From the sequence record MW812341.1: DNA of 64,000 bases. One strand, given 5' to 3'. This document shows, piece after piece, positions 37,542 through 47,857 of this stretch. Position 1 is the stretch's first letter. Every line of letters begins with the position of its first letter. The notes under the pieces were generated by a model. The model saw nothing but the letters and a program-made list of their open reading frames with translations, ran no database searches and had not been told where the DNA came from. The position numbers and the translations under genes are program-made.

Positions 37542-39644
37542 TTAATGCAACCGAGTTTTGAACGACCCGTCGTATAACGAGGCCGGGATTTTACGATCGG
37601 TAAAGAAACCTGGCTGGTTGATATTATCCTGCTGTCCTTGGAAGAAGAACATTGGTGCCGCAGAACGAATCGCAATCAGCGTGTTGTGGTCTAAGAACCG
37701 TTTACCCAATCCATTGACTGCTTCTTCGGAATCGAAGCCTGCTGCCGGGAACGGGTTGGTTGGAGATTCAACACGAGAGATAGCCAACATAATCGCAATG
37801 TGTGTCATCGGGATGCCACTCAGTTTACGCTTAATGTAGCGGAAGGTATCGAACAGCGCGTAGGTACATTGCGCTTCGGTAGACCCACCCATCTCCACCA
37901 GGGTCAGTGTTTTCACACGACCATCTTTACCCATCTTCACAGTTGCATCGGTCGTGAAGTCCACCGGGTCTTCATTCTTATCCGCAGCAATCGAACGCAG
38001 CTTAGTCTCAAGACCAGCAACGAACTCTGCCATGGATTCAGAACGGTTGGTGTACACCAGGAACGGTTGTTTGGTTTTCCATCCGGCCAGTGGGATACGA
38101 ATCTCACCTTTCTTGATGTATTGTACCTTGTCACGTACCTTCAAGAAGAAAGCTAAGAACTGTTTCGAGAAGTTTCCACATACGCCCATACGGACATCTA
38201 AGGATTCACCCCCGATCGGTTCCCCTTCTTTATTCAAGCGGGTAAATGTCACATCCGTTACATCCGGCAGACTGGTTTCGTCGATGTCATCCAGGTTGTC
38301 ATAATACGCGACCTGACTGATTTCGGAATGCATCTTGTCGTTAACGACCATGACGTATTCATCCCAGTTACCGAACTCTGGTTTGCTCTTCAGATGCAGA
38401 CCTTTCTCTGACCCTTTCGCATACTCGTCAAAGTACGCACCAATACGCCCAGCGATAACCAGTTTGAACAGGTAACGCAAGAAGTCAAGGTGCTTGGTTG
38501 ACAGGATACCCTGCGTACCCTTTTCCGAGATGGAAGTTGATGCCAGATGTCCCGGAGAGGTTTTCTCCGAGAGGTTGTACACCAAGTCACCCATACAGAC
38601 AGCACAGACCCCTTGCTTGCGCATATGGAGACAGGACATGGCTGTACGGAAGTGCAACGGTTTATCCACCACATCTTCGAACTGACCTTTCTCGAAGACG
38701 CGCCACTCACCGGATTCACCTACAAAGCGATAACGCATCCCGACCATGGCCGAGAACTTCGCTTTTTCTCCTTCGTTATCACGGAAGGTATGGCTATGCC
38801 AATGCGTGGTACCGCAATCGTCCAGCGTGAAGTGGGTCAGCACATTGGCTGCTAATTGCAGCTTGCGCGAACCGTATTCTGCTTCGGCGATCTTATCGGT
38901 GTTGTACAGGTGCGCACGGGAAGTTGCACCGGATTCTTTCAGACGGCTGATAACCGTATTCAGACCCGTGAAGAAACCTTCCCATACTTGGTTGGTATAG
39001 ACACGCGAATCAATCTCGGAGGTTTTACCACGCACGAATGCCTGGAGTACCTGATCGAGTTTCAACGTCTTATCTACCACCGACATTGCCAACGGGTTGC
39101 CGAACAGTTCCGGCGACTTGATGATTTTGTCGATGATGATATACGCTTCGTTAACGTAGTCCTTCCCTTCGGAATCATACCCTGACGGATACATCTTCAT
39201 CCACTCATGGATGATTTGATATTCCGGGTGGTCGTAAATCTGCAACAGCGTATCGATGTCGATAGTGGTACAGAAAGACAACAGATTCTTTACGGTCAGA
39301 TTGAACGCATCCGCGTAGACATGCTGACTCAGAATGTAGCGTGTGTCAGCTAAGTCTATCCCGGCTTTACGAGCCAGAAGTCCAGCTTGAGACATCAGGT
39401 CGAGATGGCGATCATCCGTCGACCATTCACCACCACGCTGATAACACAACGTGGACGGCGTAGGCACATTCGGATAGAAGCGCGACAGACCCCAATACGG
39501 CCAGCTCAGTTTGATGTGGCGACCAGACATCGGTTTGGTTACACCATCATCAAACGTTACGTCGTAGCGACCGCGTACTTTCCAGATTTTATTCGAATCC
39601 AGATTACGCAGGTCGCGTACGTGGACTGCACGAGCTTCCATCAA
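37542..39644 (-). CDS. Non-virion RNAP beta' C-terminal subunit (phiKZ gp74-like)
   Basis: DDCGT, CLHMRKQGVCAVCMG zinc site, STSISEKGTQGILSTKH (trigger-loop-like). Confidence 0.85.
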   Translation of the reverse strand: MMEARAVHVRDLRNLDSNKIWKVRGRYDVTFDDGVTKPMSGRHIKLSWPYWGLSRFYPNVPTPSTLCYQRGGEWSTDDRHLDLMSQAGLLARKAGIDLADTRYILSQHVYADAFNLTVKNLLSFCTTIDIDTLLQIYDHPEYQIIHEWMKMYPSGYDSEGKDYVNEAYIIIDKIIKSPELFGNPLAMSVVDKTLKLDQVLQAFVRGKTSEIDSRVYTNQVWEGFFTGLNTVISRLKESGATSRAHLYNTDKIAEAEYGSRKLQLAANVLTHFTLDDCGTTHWHSHTFRDNEGEKAKFSAMVGMRYRFVGESGEWRVFEKGQFEDVVDKPLHFRTAMSCLHMRKQGVCAVCMGDLVYNLSEKTSPGHLASTSISEKGTQGILSTKHLDFLRYLFKLVIAGRIGAYFDEYAKGSEKGLHLKSKPEFGNWDEYVMVVNDKMHSEISQVAYYDNLDDIDETSLPDVTDVTFTRLNKEGEPIGGESLDVRMGVCGNFSKQFLAFFLKVRDKVQYIKKGEIRIPLAGWKTKQPFLVYTNRSESMAEFVAGLETKLRSIAADKNEDPVDFTTDATVKMGKDGRVKTLTLVEMGGSTEAQCTYALFDTFRYIKRKLSGIPMTHIAIMLAISRVESPTNPFPAAGFDSEEAVNGLGKRFLDHNTLIAIRSAAPMFFFQGQQDNINQPGFFTDRKIPASLYDGSFKTRLH

Positions 39645-41854
39645 TTATCCTCCCTCTCTGGACGAACTAATACGAACCCTTCACAACGGTGAATGTTATC
39701 GATCATGCGATCGACTTGCGAATCACCCAGCGGATATTTATTGCGGTCTACCAGATAACCTGGGTTACTTGGTGTCGGCGATAAGTACATCCCTTCGACC
39801 ATGACGCGGTGTACGTCTGGTGAGTTCGAACGGTTGTGCACTTCATCAAACATCCCCTGACCGTAGCCATCGCACAGACGGTGCTCAGATTCACCACCCC
39901 ACTTCTTCGCAGAGTAGTTAATCGGGTACGAACCACGTCCCTGGTTGGATGCATCAATCATCCCCAGGTAGTTGGTGAACATCGATGAGATAGAGGAGAA
40001 CTCACGACCGGTCTTATCGAGGCGCAGTGTTTCCACATAACCCACGTAGAAGTCGTTCTTCGTCCATTCCTTCACACCGTCATAGTTCGTCAACAACAGT
40101 TTCGATTTCTTCGGTGCGTACTCACCCAGGTCTTTGGCCATCTGGAGTGAGCTTTTCGGGTTCTCATGCGGAATCCAAATACGGATACTGAAATCGTAAA
40201 TCTCTTTGAAGAGTTCACGCTTCCGCTCCGTGGTTTCGTGATCTTGCATAATCACGTTAGCCCAATCTGGATTATATCGCGAGAGGTAATCTAACAGAAT
40301 GTTGAAGGCTTCATCAATCTCACCATTATCGATGATTGGTTTCAATCGCATCTTCAGCTGCTCGGATGCCGCAGACCAATAGATGTGGAATAGACCAGAG
40401 TAAGTTGAGCGACGTGGTACGGCGTTCATGGAACGCAATACGTGGACACGTTGGCCGAACTCATCGAGTGGCATATCTTCAACTGGCAGAACTGCGCCCA
40501 CAATCCCTTTGGTACCCGAACGGTCAGTAATCTTCGAAGAGACTGTAACCGGGATCGGGTAACGCACCACGATGCGAATGGTGTAGGTTTTGATAACGTC
40601 ACGCAGCATACGTTCAACTGGAGAGTTCAGTCTGTTCAGGACTTTGCTTTCCAAGTCAGCACGTTTGTATTCGCCGCGACGTGCGGCAGCTTCAACCACT
40701 TCACGAATTTCATTACGGAATTCGCTATACACTTCATGAGTTTCCGAAGCGAAGGCTTTCTCCAGGAACTCACAGGCTTTCGGTGACCACACTACATCGT
40801 CTTTGACGGTGAAGTAGAAGCGAACGATATCACGGTAATACTGCTTCAATCCCAAAGCGTACTGGTCAAGAATTTGTTTGTTCTCTTCCGTTGCACGAAT
40901 GTTATTGACGCCATTGTGAATACCAGTTTCATCACGCCATACCTGAACATCAATAACACGCGAACCATTTGTTGGCAGCGGGTTCTGATGGTGCGCAGGA
41001 TCGGCATCGACATATTCGCAATGGTCGTACCACGGCGAGGCATGTTGACACTCACCGGCACTGGCGTTAATCGCTGCATACAGCGGATCGAATTGACGCG
41101 CAGCAATCACTAGTCCATCTGAACGTACTGCTTGTCCCACGTCTGGGAAATACTGCGGACGTCGCCCGTCAGGTGTATCTTCGCCGTAGCTATCTAACAG
41201 GAACTCATCTTCCCGCAACACCAGTTCGATTTCCTTTAACCCATACGCATGCATTTGATCTGCGGCGTAATCGGAGATGGTGTAGGAATCTTCAATGATG
41301 TCCGGGTGTGAAATGGTCACCGTCGGGAGGTTAACCCCGTCCACGAACTCGCCGTCCTTCTGACAGTTCATGGTGGTCAGCATTTCATCTTTGTCAAGCA
41401 TTAACGTTTCACCACGCAGGACTGCACGCAGTTTGTCAGTGGTACGTTTCTCTGACGTGAAGACGTTATCGTGATGGGTGTAATGATTAATCTCAATTAC
41501 ATCAATCACCGGTTTGTGGTGCATCGCCGCGCTGGATTCGCTACGGCGGAAGAAGATTGAATGTTCTAAAGGAGCAGGATGCCCAACTCGTGAGTGACGC
41601 GTAAATACGGCTCGCTTGTGCGACCCATTATCGTTATATACACAAACCGTGCCTGAATCTTCGACTATATCGTTAAACACAATGTCGTGGTAGTTTACAT
41701 CAGCGCCAGTAAAATGCAGCGTATGTTGCGGATGGTCAATCGGCGCTGCCGATTTCATATGTCCACCCACCATTGATGCGCGTGCACCTGACTGCTCAGG
41801 TGATGTAGTCTCCCGGTCTGCGTGTGAACCGACAAGTTGTACCGGTGTGCTCAT
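39641..41854 (-). CDS. Non-virion RNAP beta C-terminal subunit (phiKZ gp71-73-like), uninterrupted
   Basis: SSKITDRSGTKGIV..EDMP.DEFG, KWGGESEHR, corresponding to beta regions H/I. Confidence 0.88.
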   Translation of the reverse strand: MSTPVQLVGSHADRETTSPEQSGARASMVGGHMKSAAPIDHPQHTLHFTGADVNYHDIVFNDIVEDSGTVCVYNDNGSHKRAVFTRHSRVGHPAPLEHSIFFRRSESSAAMHHKPVIDVIEINHYTHHDNVFTSEKRTTDKLRAVLRGETLMLDKDEMLTTMNCQKDGEFVDGVNLPTVTISHPDIIEDSYTISDYAADQMHAYGLKEIELVLREDEFLLDSYGEDTPDGRRPQYFPDVGQAVRSDGLVIAARQFDPLYAAINASAGECQHASPWYDHCEYVDADPAHHQNPLPTNGSRVIDVQVWRDETGIHNGVNNIRATEENKQILDQYALGLKQYYRDIVRFYFTVKDDVVWSPKACEFLEKAFASETHEVYSEFRNEIREVVEAAARRGEYKRADLESKVLNRLNSPVERMLRDVIKTYTIRIVVRYPIPVTVSSKITDRSGTKGIVGAVLPVEDMPLDEFGQRVHVLRSMNAVPRRSTYSGLFHIYWSAASEQLKMRLKPIIDNGEIDEAFNILLDYLSRYNPDWANVIMQDHETTERKRELFKEIYDFSIRIWIPHENPKSSLQMAKDLGEYAPKKSKLLLTNYDGVKEWTKNDFYVGYVETLRLDKTGREFSSISSMFTNYLGMIDASNQGRGSYPINYSAKKWGGESEHRLCDGYGQGMFDEVHNRSNSPDVHRVMVEGMYLSPTPSNPGYLVDRNKYPLGDSQVDRMIDNIHRCEGFVLVRPEREDN

Positions 41855-41887
41855 TTTATTAAATACTCCTTCTTGGTTACTCCACCA

Positions 41888-41913
41888 AGATAATATATAT
41901 TCGACAATCTTTT
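41888..41913 (-). promoter_or_regulatory. Early promoter motif
   Basis: Minus strand AAAAGATTGTCGAATATATATTATCT upstream of the nvRNAP beta gene. Confidence 0.7.
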
Positions 41914-41925
41914 CAAGGAGACCCC

Positions 41926-42249
41926 ATGCTCGAAAAGTTCATTACCTTGGATGAAGTAGTACCCTCGCTGGACAGTGTGAAACGACGCGTTCTACGAGAC
42001 CACACAGAGTATCTGCGTAATCACAAAGACACTCAGACTATCCCCCTTGATCCGAGATTTGCTTGGCCTGAGATACATAACTTTTACGCCTACTGTAAAT
42101 TAGTAGGGTGGGAACCTAATCAGGTGTATCCGATCATGCTCATCAACCGTATCGATGAACCTATGATGTTCAACACTGATGATTTCCAGACTCTGCGTGT
42201 GCCAACATCTATGGCCGTTGCCGAAGTTCTGGAAACGATAATCAGTTAA
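41926..42249 (+). CDS. Small protein, possible LysM/P2 gpX/T4 gp53-like baseplate component
   Basis: 107 aa; YPIMLINRIDEP...TLRVP pattern. Confidence 0.45.
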   Translation: MLEKFITLDEVVPSLDSVKRRVLRDHTEYLRNHKDTQTIPLDPRFAWPEIHNFYAYCKLVGWEPNQVYPIMLINRIDEPMMFNTDDFQTLRVPTSMAVAEVLETIIS

Positions 42250-42290
42250 AAAAAGAAGGGACACTCGTCCCTTCTTCTTATTTATTTTTT
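42247..42290. terminator. Bidirectional terminator
   Basis: AAGAAGGGAC/GTCCCTTCTT stem with A and T tracts. Confidence 0.8.
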
Positions 42291-42292
42291 TC

Positions 42293-43660
42293 CTACCAAG
42301 CGAAGCCGCCACCAGAACCACGAGGATTCTTGTTACCACCCATTGGGCCTAATGACGAGCCACTATCTAATAGCGATCCGCCACCCAGGTTACCAATGCC
42401 ACCTAAACGTTGTTGACTGTTCCCGCCCAACAGTGAGTTATCACCATAGTTGGAAGAATTCAGTGAGCCCAGTGAAGGTGCCGCTTTACGACCACCGTGT
42501 ACGCTCACCAGAGAAATCTCGGTGACGCTCGGGCCATCGTCTTTCTTAATCAACTGTCCGGATTCTTTCAATGCGCGCTGTTGTACCAGCGGCAATGAGT
42601 TGATATCCAGCTTACCGGAGCGATCGGTATTCCCCAATTGTTTCTTGAAGAATGAACCCAGCGAACCTTCTTCTTCCGTGGCCTGTGCTGCTTCGGACGC
42701 CATACGACGTTCGGTTTGCAGACTGGTCTGGGAACTGGAGACACGATACTGTTGCTGCGTGGTATCCTTCTCTGGGTTAGTAGAAGCAGAACCGGTGTTG
42801 AACGGCAGGGTCTGAATTACGTTGTCGTATTGCGACAGGGAATCCAGCTGACCAATCCATTCATCACTCAGGGTTTTCAGTGCACTGACATCACGCAGAC
42901 CTTTAACAATCTGGTTGTAGTTAATGACGTATTGTGCCCAACCACGAGACAGGCAACCGAAGTACGGACGGTTGTCATTAGAACCACACAGGTCTGGATA
43001 CCAGCCCATGATGGTCATCAGTAAACGGTGAATGATAACCTTGTCCTGCTTACGATGCATTTTCACACCGAAATAAGTCGCCGTATCATCCAGTGTTTCT
43101 TCTTCAAAGATGTGTTTGAAGTTAGCCACACGCACATATTTCGTGCCGTCAATAGACATGTCCGATGCGATATACAGATTGGTTTGTTTCTTCTGCTCCA
43201 CCGTTTCGTTCAGGTGATTACTCAGAGCAACCCAACTGGATTTCAACTTCTCATCCAGCTTAGGCTCTTTAATGCCTTCGCAGATGATTTCGGTCATGAA
43301 CTTCTTGTACGCCGCTGCGCGTACCGATTTACCCGTTGAGTTGATGTCCATGATAACATCAATCAAGTCCATGGTACGTAGCCACACGTTTACACGAATA
43401 GCTTTCTTCAGGAAGCGGATAGTTCCCGATTCCCCAGACAGTACGGATTCACACAGCGGATGGAATGCATGACACTCGCGACCTTGTGGATCTTCCATGC
43501 CATTCTTAATCATGGCACTGGTAGGAAGCACCAAACGGCGCTTCTCTTTGTTGTACGTGAAATAAGCCGGAGTCCCGTCGTCCGCATGTACCAGCAAGTC
43601 GCCGTCACGGTTGTAACCCAGGGATTCCAGTTCGGATTGGTAGAAAGCGATAATGTGCAT
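42293..43660 (-). CDS. Conserved core protein (phiKZ gp70-like position), G/S-rich tail
   Basis: 455 aa; synteny. Confidence 0.6.
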   Translation of the reverse strand: MHIIAFYQSELESLGYNRDGDLLVHADDGTPAYFTYNKEKRRLVLPTSAMIKNGMEDPQGRECHAFHPLCESVLSGESGTIRFLKKAIRVNVWLRTMDLIDVIMDINSTGKSVRAAAYKKFMTEIICEGIKEPKLDEKLKSSWVALSNHLNETVEQKKQTNLYIASDMSIDGTKYVRVANFKHIFEEETLDDTATYFGVKMHRKQDKVIIHRLLMTIMGWYPDLCGSNDNRPYFGCLSRGWAQYVINYNQIVKGLRDVSALKTLSDEWIGQLDSLSQYDNVIQTLPFNTGSASTNPEKDTTQQQYRVSSSQTSLQTERRMASEAAQATEEEGSLGSFFKKQLGNTDRSGKLDINSLPLVQQRALKESGQLIKKDDGPSVTEISLVSVHGGRKAAPSLGSLNSSNYGDNSLLGGNSQQRLGGIGNLGGGSLLDSGSSLGPMGGNKNPRGSGGGFAW

Positions 43661-43669
43661 TGATAGTCC

Positions 43670-45379
43670 TTAGTCCAAGAGGCTGTTACGCTTAATGGTG
43701 CCACTCAGAATGATTTTGGATTCCGCCCCATCCAGTAACGAGTTACCAGTTGATTGATTCGGTGCGGAAGGGATGTTGGAGAACAGACGGTCTTTACCTT
43801 TGCCGCGTTCATGCGAGCCAAAGCCGTCTTCGATGCTATCCATCAGTTTACTGGTACTCTGCGCCAAACGACCGGCGTATTCCAGACTGGTGGTGTTACC
43901 GTTATGCAGACGAGCTGACATGAAACTGGCGTAGGTGTAGCGTTCCTTCTGGAGTTCACCATCCATTAAGATTTCCACACGGGTGACGGTACCCAACAAT
44001 GCTACGACGTGTACGGCGCAACGAATGTGGTTATGCTTTGTAACTTTTACGAACATGGCATGGAGATCAGAGAGCAGACGCTGTGCCAGCATACGAGGTA
44101 ACTGAGCATTCGCGATCGCTTCCAGTGAATCTTCATAAACGTTCAACGTTGGCTGAGTAGTGAAGTCGGTCGAACGGTTATCGAACATGAAGCTCACACG
44201 ACCTACCAGGTTACGGGACAGAATCGCACCCAACTGCATTGCCATGTCATAGCTCACCAGTGAGCCCATGGTTGAGTAGTCGTTACGACCAATCCACTGG
44301 TCGGTAGAATCAATCTGACCTACACCAGAACGCGATGCCAAGAACAGGGAGTTCTGAATCTGTACGTCGACCAGCTGTGGGTTCATTAACGCTGCACGCA
44401 AATCACGCAGACGGAAACTGGCCCGGTTAGAGATGCTCCAACCTTCTTTGCTGTTGCCGGTATTGTTGTTCAGTGCCTGACGGAATGATTTCACCAGCTC
44501 GTAGTTCGTGAACTGGCGTACCACACCCATGCTCTGCAATTCCTGCTCTACCGCCGTACCGCCAGTACCTTCAAAGAAGCTGTCCACCATGCTCAGCTCA
44601 TTGTCGCGACCCATGGTACGCAGATAAGAGTTGGAGATGGCTGTAACAAAGTTCGTAGGCTGCGTCAGGTTACCCGCCAGCAGTGTCGGTGTAGTGGTGG
44701 CAACCGGTGCAAACAACGTTTGGTCGGTAGGGACGATAGCTTCGCCAGAACCAAGGTTCATCTTCTTCACCATGTCCGCAGACTTGGTAATGTTGATGGC
44801 GTTGATGCTTGCTTCATGATACTCGTTGTGTGCCAGAGAACGGGACAGAACGTAGTTATCAATCATGCGGAAACTGTTCTCATCCACTTCACGCTCACCA
44901 AAGGCATTGCGACGATAGGTTGTCTGCATGCCGTAGATGTCGTTAATGTAGAGAACCATGTCATCTGGCAACAGGCCACTGATGATTGACGTTTCTGCTT
45001 GTGAAGTATAGCCGGTAACAACGTATTGGACTTCCTGCGATCGGGTTTCGTTAATTGGGTTGGCAACCAACACCATGACGAAGTTATAGATGCCAGTATC
45101 GCGCGCTTCGTACGCAAACTGGGTAATGTTTGTATCATTATCAGATACGTTCACCAGAGGACGTTCAAATCCTTGTGGTGTTGCATCAAAGCCGACAATG
45201 TCGGCCAATGCGTTCTGATATTCCGCAGTACCCGCTGCGGCGTGGCCACCTTGGGCGACCACATCACTCAATGCATCCATTGCGCCCGTTGTACCGCTAA
45301 TTGCAATGCGGCGTCGTACCTGCTCTGGAACTTCGTACACCGGGAAGATTTGCAGGGACTTCAAAAGCATGCCATTCAT
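43670..45379 (-). CDS. Putative nuclear protein import factor (PicA/Imp1, phiKZ gp69-like position)
   Basis: 569 aa; sits between the gp68-like gene and the nvRNAP beta gene; synteny only. Confidence 0.5.
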   Translation of the reverse strand: MNGMLLKSLQIFPVYEVPEQVRRRIAISGTTGAMDALSDVVAQGGHAAAGTAEYQNALADIVGFDATPQGFERPLVNVSDNDTNITQFAYEARDTGIYNFVMVLVANPINETRSQEVQYVVTGYTSQAETSIISGLLPDDMVLYINDIYGMQTTYRRNAFGEREVDENSFRMIDNYVLSRSLAHNEYHEASINAINITKSADMVKKMNLGSGEAIVPTDQTLFAPVATTTPTLLAGNLTQPTNFVTAISNSYLRTMGRDNELSMVDSFFEGTGGTAVEQELQSMGVVRQFTNYELVKSFRQALNNNTGNSKEGWSISNRASFRLRDLRAALMNPQLVDVQIQNSLFLASRSGVGQIDSTDQWIGRNDYSTMGSLVSYDMAMQLGAILSRNLVGRVSFMFDNRSTDFTTQPTLNVYEDSLEAIANAQLPRMLAQRLLSDLHAMFVKVTKHNHIRCAVHVVALLGTVTRVEILMDGELQKERYTYASFMSARLHNGNTTSLEYAGRLAQSTSKLMDSIEDGFGSHERGKGKDRLFSNIPSAPNQSTGNSLLDGAESKIILSGTIKRNSLLD

Positions 45380-45390
45380 TTAGATTCTCC

Positions 45391-47016
45391 TTATTGGTTA
45401 AACCATGATACTTCTTTGAGTTTTCCACGGGCCTGAATGCCAAGGATCTCAGTGAGCTGTGTCAGGATATTGCTACCCGGACGATAGTGCGGAACATCTG
45501 GTTTGCAATGCAGCAACTCTGCTGCTTCATCACTAGCCTTCAGATGGAAGCTGTAAGGACTGATGTGATTACGTACCAGAATATCCAATGATGTACGTAC
45601 AACAGACTGTTGTTCTTGATTCCGTTGTGGACGGTATGCCTGAGGATAATATCTATCTGTAGATATTTTCAGTTCACTGTCTGCCGGATCGAACGGATAG
45701 CCACTAACATTGCCCGGAAGCATCTCACAACTTAACAGCTGTGCGATTTCGTACATCCCGTAGTTCAGGTAGATAGCTTGCGATATCGCCATCGCGTAGA
45801 TGAACTTATCTGGGTCAATGTCTTTGTACGAACGATAGTCAGTACGGCGATGACATACGGCTGCCACTAACCACTCGTGCAGTTCGTACGTTACGCCGGT
45901 ATGGTTCGCTTGCATGGAATCAATAAGGACTTTCACCTGTGCCGGTGGAATATCCAACTCGGTCGATTTGATGTGTCGACGATAATCAACAAACATCACA
46001 CCCGCACGAATCGGTTCTTTCATCGGCGCAATACTGCGAGCCGTCACCAGGTCGATAGCACTGACCTTTCCTTTCTCACCATTGAACACCACCGCAGTTG
46101 GGTGTTGTTTCATGATGATGCTCTGACCAGAGATACGGTTGGCGAATCCGCTTTCCACTTCCGCACGAATCCCGAAGTAGATGCTGGAGACGATTGAATT
46201 GTCTTCCATACGCCCATCCGGATAATCCGCATAGCCAGGACGCAGGGCCAACAGACGCACCACAGTCAATGCTAACAGATACTCATCCATCATGTCAGAA
46301 CCGTAACCTGCAACAGATGCCAGCACGCTCAAGCTGGTACCGTTACTACGGTTGCTCAGTTCCTTCTGGAATTTCTCTACCAGGCTGGTCAGGAAACGAG
46401 ACAGTTTATCAATCGCCGGAGACGACATCAATTCTGTTTCGCACAGCATTTCAAAGGCCAGGTTAATGTTGTACACCACCTGACGTTTGGTTTCCTGGGA
46501 CAACCCTTTACCGCCGGTATACGCGCCCAGCACACTGAAGACTGGAATGAACGGTTTCACACGGAGGGTCATGATCAACAGCTGATAATAGTCCGGCACG
46601 ATATACGTCATTGCTTCAGTATAGTTCGGCGACATGTCATTAAAGGATGCATGTAGCTTGTCCGGAATAAAGACATTGTTAATCGGATACAGCTTCTTGT
46701 ACGCCGCGTCGGTGTGGTACTTGGCAATCACCGCTACGATTTTTGGGACATACTCACGCATCACATCCATCGACTCACTGGCGATTTCACTCAGCGTAGA
46801 ATAGGCTTCGAAGAGTTCATCCTTCTCGGCTTCTTTCAGGGTAGTCCAATAACGATTCAGTTCACTAAACAGGAGTTGGTCGCGAGTGACAACTTTCCCA
46901 TCATGGTCACGCAAGTCTGGGCCAGGAGACTTACGGATTCCAGGCACGTTCATGAATGCTAACGTTTCGCCTTTATGGAAGATGGTGACATTGTCTTTAT
47001 ATTTCTCAATTCTCAT
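45391..47016 (-). CDS. Non-virion RNAP fifth (sigma-like) subunit (phiKZ gp68-like)
   Basis: 541 aa, helical; position and preceding early promoter. Confidence 0.6.
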   Translation of the reverse strand: MRIEKYKDNVTIFHKGETLAFMNVPGIRKSPGPDLRDHDGKVVTRDQLLFSELNRYWTTLKEAEKDELFEAYSTLSEIASESMDVMREYVPKIVAVIAKYHTDAAYKKLYPINNVFIPDKLHASFNDMSPNYTEAMTYIVPDYYQLLIMTLRVKPFIPVFSVLGAYTGGKGLSQETKRQVVYNINLAFEMLCETELMSSPAIDKLSRFLTSLVEKFQKELSNRSNGTSLSVLASVAGYGSDMMDEYLLALTVVRLLALRPGYADYPDGRMEDNSIVSSIYFGIRAEVESGFANRISGQSIIMKQHPTAVVFNGEKGKVSAIDLVTARSIAPMKEPIRAGVMFVDYRRHIKSTELDIPPAQVKVLIDSMQANHTGVTYELHEWLVAAVCHRRTDYRSYKDIDPDKFIYAMAISQAIYLNYGMYEIAQLLSCEMLPGNVSGYPFDPADSELKISTDRYYPQAYRPQRNQEQQSVVRTSLDILVRNHISPYSFHLKASDEAAELLHCKPDVPHYRPGSNILTQLTEILGIQARGKLKEVSWFNQ

Positions 47017-47050
47017 TATAGTCAGTGCTCCGACAGAGTTATATTCACGG

Positions 47051-47074
47051 AGATAACATCTATCTCAAATTTCG
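47051..47074 (-). promoter_or_regulatory. Early promoter motif
   Basis: Minus strand CGAAATTTGAGATAGATGTTATCT. Confidence 0.65.
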
Positions 47075-47137
47075 TACGATGCGCCTGGGATCAGTAGGCG
47101 TTGTACCCGCTGGCCTCGCCAGCGGGTTTCATTTATT

Positions 47138-47794
47138 TTAAAGGAATTCGTCGAAGTTCGCGTCGGATGCTGGGGCAGAATTGCTACCACCGCCACCGTT
47201 ACCGCCGTTGCTGCCGCCACCGTTATTGTAGCCGCCACGTCCTGGATTACCACCGCCGGTTGGGTTCCACACTTTCGCTTTGTAAGAAGCATCCAGCCAA
47301 TCCTGGAATTTGTGGAAACGTTCGGTGAAGGCACGAGCCATACGTTCGGCAGCTTCCAGATCACTCAACGGTGCGCCATTGCGAGTAATGACGTAGCCCT
47401 TTGGAATAGGGAAGAAGAATTTCTTGCTACGGCGTTGGCCGTTGATTTCGCCAGAGATAGCAACAAACGGAACCAGATCGTCACCACGACCAACAGACAG
47501 GGTAACCTGACCACGGTTGCCAGAGGTGTTGCCGATGCTGATGATGTCTTTTTCGCTCTTACGCAGAACATCGCGTAATGCATCCAGGAATACCTGGCAG
47601 ACTTCTGGGTTGGCGTTGTAATACAGACCTTCGCCTTTGGCGAACGAATAGCTGAATTTCAGACCTTCACAATCGGTGCTGTCCTTGAAGAAGTTAGGCT
47701 CGATACCAATTTTACGGGTCTTTCCCTGGTTATCGGGCTCCGACTGCGGGTAGCACCATTTGTTGTTAAAGAGTTCTGTGTTAATCATGCCCAT
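47138..47794 (-). CDS. Putative ssDNA/RNA-binding protein (ChmC / phiKZ gp67-like)
   Basis: 218 aa, beta-rich core, G/N-rich disordered tail ending DANFDEFL; synteny. Confidence 0.55.
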   Translation of the reverse strand: MGMINTELFNNKWCYPQSEPDNQGKTRKIGIEPNFFKDSTDCEGLKFSYSFAKGEGLYYNANPEVCQVFLDALRDVLRKSEKDIISIGNTSGNRGQVTLSVGRGDDLVPFVAISGEINGQRRSKKFFFPIPKGYVITRNGAPLSDLEAAERMARAFTERFHKFQDWLDASYKAKVWNPTGGGNPGRGGYNNGGGSNGGNGGGGSNSAPASDANFDEFL

Positions 47795-47857
47795 TGGGAA
47801 ATCCTTTGATCTTAGTTAAGGGGGTATCTACACATGATACCCCGGTGATGTAAAAAA

